Positions 61,805 through 64,000 of a stretch of DNA of 64,000 bases are shown here, piece by piece; the first letter of the stretch is position 1; the number at the start of each line of letters is the position of its first letter. The translations under genes were made by a program, and so were the position numbers. Location: NCBI RefSeq assembly GCF_009914755.1, contig NC_060941.1, one strand, 5' to 3'. The stretch is from the human T2T-CHM13v2.0 reference genome, Homo sapiens. The notes beneath the pieces were generated by a model, which saw only the letters and a program-made list of their open reading frames with translations, was not told the origin of the DNA and did no database searches.

Positions 61805-62844
61805 CTCCTTTTTTCTTAAATAATCTTAAAAAATTTTTTTCAATCATGGGTTTTTTTAAAAACTTGATCAGTTTAACTTTAAATTTTTCTTGAGATATAT
61901 TTTGCAGATTTTCATAACTTTTTAGTCAGTTTATTCTTTTTGTTGCTGTTGTAAGTGAAATAATTTTTCTATTGTATTTTCTAACTTCCTGTGGTTTTTA
62001 TATAAAAGGCTATTATTTACATTTTTACTATTTATAATAGTTTTAAGGCTAATTCTTCTGAGTTTTATAGGCATACAATTATATAATTTGTAAATAATGA
62101 GATTACTTCCTTCTTTCTATGTTTTATAACCTTTTTATTCCTTTGTCATATGTAATTGATTCAGTTAGTATCTCTATGTTAAATTAAATAATGACAGTAT
62201 TAGCAGACATCCTTATTTTGTTCCTTTTTTTAATGGTAGAGTTATTAGTGTGTTTCCATTAAGTGTACTATTGGCCTATGGATAGATATATAGCTTTATC
62301 TATTTCTATTCCATTTAGTTTTTTATTTGGTCAATAACAGATATTGAATATTATTATTAATAGATGGCTTCTAAGTATCTTTGAAGAAGCTCTCATGATC
62401 TTTCACTATCAAATAAAATACATTAATCAATTTCTGATATCAAATTATCTTTTGATTATTCTTGATTATAATTCCTGATATTACTTGAACTTGGACATTG
62501 ATTTTGAATATGCCTTTGTAGTCTCACATCTTATGTAAGCTTTTTTTAACATCAATATTTACAAGTGAAATTTACCTATTTTAGTAATGTTTAGTTTTCA
62601 AGTGTCTGGCTTCATAAAAAGAATTGGAAATTTTACTTATTTTTCATGCCTTGAACAATTAAAATAGAATTGGAATTAAACCTTAAAGGTTTGACACAGT
62701 TATTTTGTGAAATTATCTGGAATATTTTATTATGGAAAGCAGGTTTTATTTATTAACTGTATCTGTGATTTCTATTACAATTGTTCCATTTTGATTTTCT
62801 TTGTCAGTCAGAGCAATCTTGTAAATGGCAAAATTGGATACTGC

Positions 62845-62909
62845 TCTTTCCTTCCTTCTTTTTTTCCTTCCTTCCTTTTTTCCTTCCTTCCTCCCTCCCT
62901 CCTTCCTTC

Positions 62910-62952
<43 letters not shown>

Positions 62953-63315
62953 TCCTTCTTTCTTTTCTTCTTTCTTTCTTTTTCTTTCTTTCTCTCTTTC
63001 TTTCTTCTTTTTCTTTCTTTCTCTTACCTTTTTAAGGCAGTTTATTCTTTTTGTTGCTATTGTAAAGTGAAATAATTTTCCATTGTATTTTCTAACTTCT
63101 TGTGGTTTTTATATAAAAGGATATGATTAATTTCTTAATTTGTTTCTCCTCCCTCCTTCTCTCTCTCTCTTTCATCTTTCTATCTTCATTCTTCCTCCCC
63201 TCCCCTCCACTCTGCTCCCCTCCCCTCTCCTCTCCTCTGCTTTTCTTTCCTTTTCCTTTCCTTTCCTTTTATTTACTTTTCCTTTCTTTTCTTTTCTTTT
63301 TCTTTCCTTCTTTCC
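62845..63315. repeat. Polypyrimidine (TTCC)n/(TTTC)n tracts, probably an expanded Alu tail
   Basis: Direct; interrupted by non-simple sequence 63026-63140. Confidence 0.9.
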
Positions 63316-63466
63316 TTTTTTGACAGGGTCGCACTCTGTTGCCCAGGCTGGAGTGCAGTGGTGCAAACATGACTCACTGCAGCCTGGACCTTCCAGGTTC
63401 AGGCGACCCTCCTGCCTTGGCCTCCTAAATTGTTGGGATTATAGGCATGAGCCACTGCACTCAGCC
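63316..63466 (-). mobile_element. Alu monomer (FAM/FRAM-like or arm-recombined AluJ)
   Basis: Right-arm 3' part joined to left-arm 5' part; candidate TSD tc(t)ttccttcctt. Confidence 0.85.
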
Positions 63467-63889
63467 TCTTCCTTCCTTGAGAGCATTAGTTTTTCATATC
63501 TTTAGGCTCTGAAGTTCAAGGTAAAATTGGAACTCTTTCCTTGGGTTTACTAGGCTTTCGCAGTTCATTTCCATCTCTCCAGATTCACCTCCTGCTGCAT
63601 TTCCACCAACATTCTACTTCATGATGTGCTTCTCCCACAAGTTACTTCTTCTACTTCTTCTGTGGTCATATTTGGTCATTCCTACTTTTCTATTAAAACA
63701 ATATGTCATCTGGCTTCTTAAGTATATTTGCATAGTGCTGAGCAAAGTGCAATGGTTTCTTATTCTCTTTATTTTCTCTGCATTTGTGCATATTTCTGTA
63801 TTTAATTTCTTATTTTGTGTATTTACATGCTTTTTTTCCCAATTAGGGTAGATAATATCTCTTTTTGCCTTATTTTTTAAAAAACCACT

Positions 63890-63893
63890 TTTG

Positions 63894-63936
<43 letters not shown>

Positions 63937-64000
63937 TTTTACTTTTTATTCTTTTTTGAGACAGTTTCCCTCTGTCACCCAGACTGGAGTGCAATGGCGT
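63890..64000 (-). mobile_element. Alu 3' end with (TTTA)n tail, cut by the window edge
   Basis: tttgagacagtttccctctgtcacccagactggagtgcaatggcg. Confidence 0.9.

Larger units (their letters stand above)
59000..63860 (-). mobile_element. Old L1ME relic(s), interrupted
   Basis: Antisense L1 text (ttttgatgaagtcaaatttatcaatc; gtgaggtagggatc; ataaaaagaattggaaa). Confidence 0.65.

Noticed and set aside
62707-63505. F/L/S-rich hydrophobic ORFs
   Set aside because: Translation of (TTTC)n tracts and Alu.

Overview
Primate (human-like) non-coding genomic DNA. It is AT-rich and CpG-depleted, and roughly half or more is recognisable interspersed repeat: about 24 Alu elements or fragments (J/S/Y), four primate L1PA 3' fragments, large old L1M/L1ME and L2 relics, MIRs, MaLR/ERVL solo LTRs, and Tigger/Charlie DNA-transposon relics. 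I see no credible host protein-coding exon, RNA gene or CpG island. The longest protein-like ORFs are L1 ORF2 remnants or come from Alus and simple repeats. Most L1s lie on the minus strand, weakly suggesting an intron of a + strand gene, but I cannot name the locus. I found no convincing new multi-gene system. The most unusual item is a ~1.4 kb palindrome-rich tandem array (17.3-18.6 kb) with 14 CACGTG E-boxes in ~355 bp. Other notable items are an 83-bp young templated copy of L1ME sequence inside an Alu tail, a 43-120 bp non-repeat segment present twice 7.9 kb apart, a twin-primed 5'-inverted L1, a solo poly(A) insertion with TSD, and an MLT2A LTR with a DUX4-type site. Repeat subfamily calls come from remembered diagnostic sequence, and boundaries of old elements are approximate.
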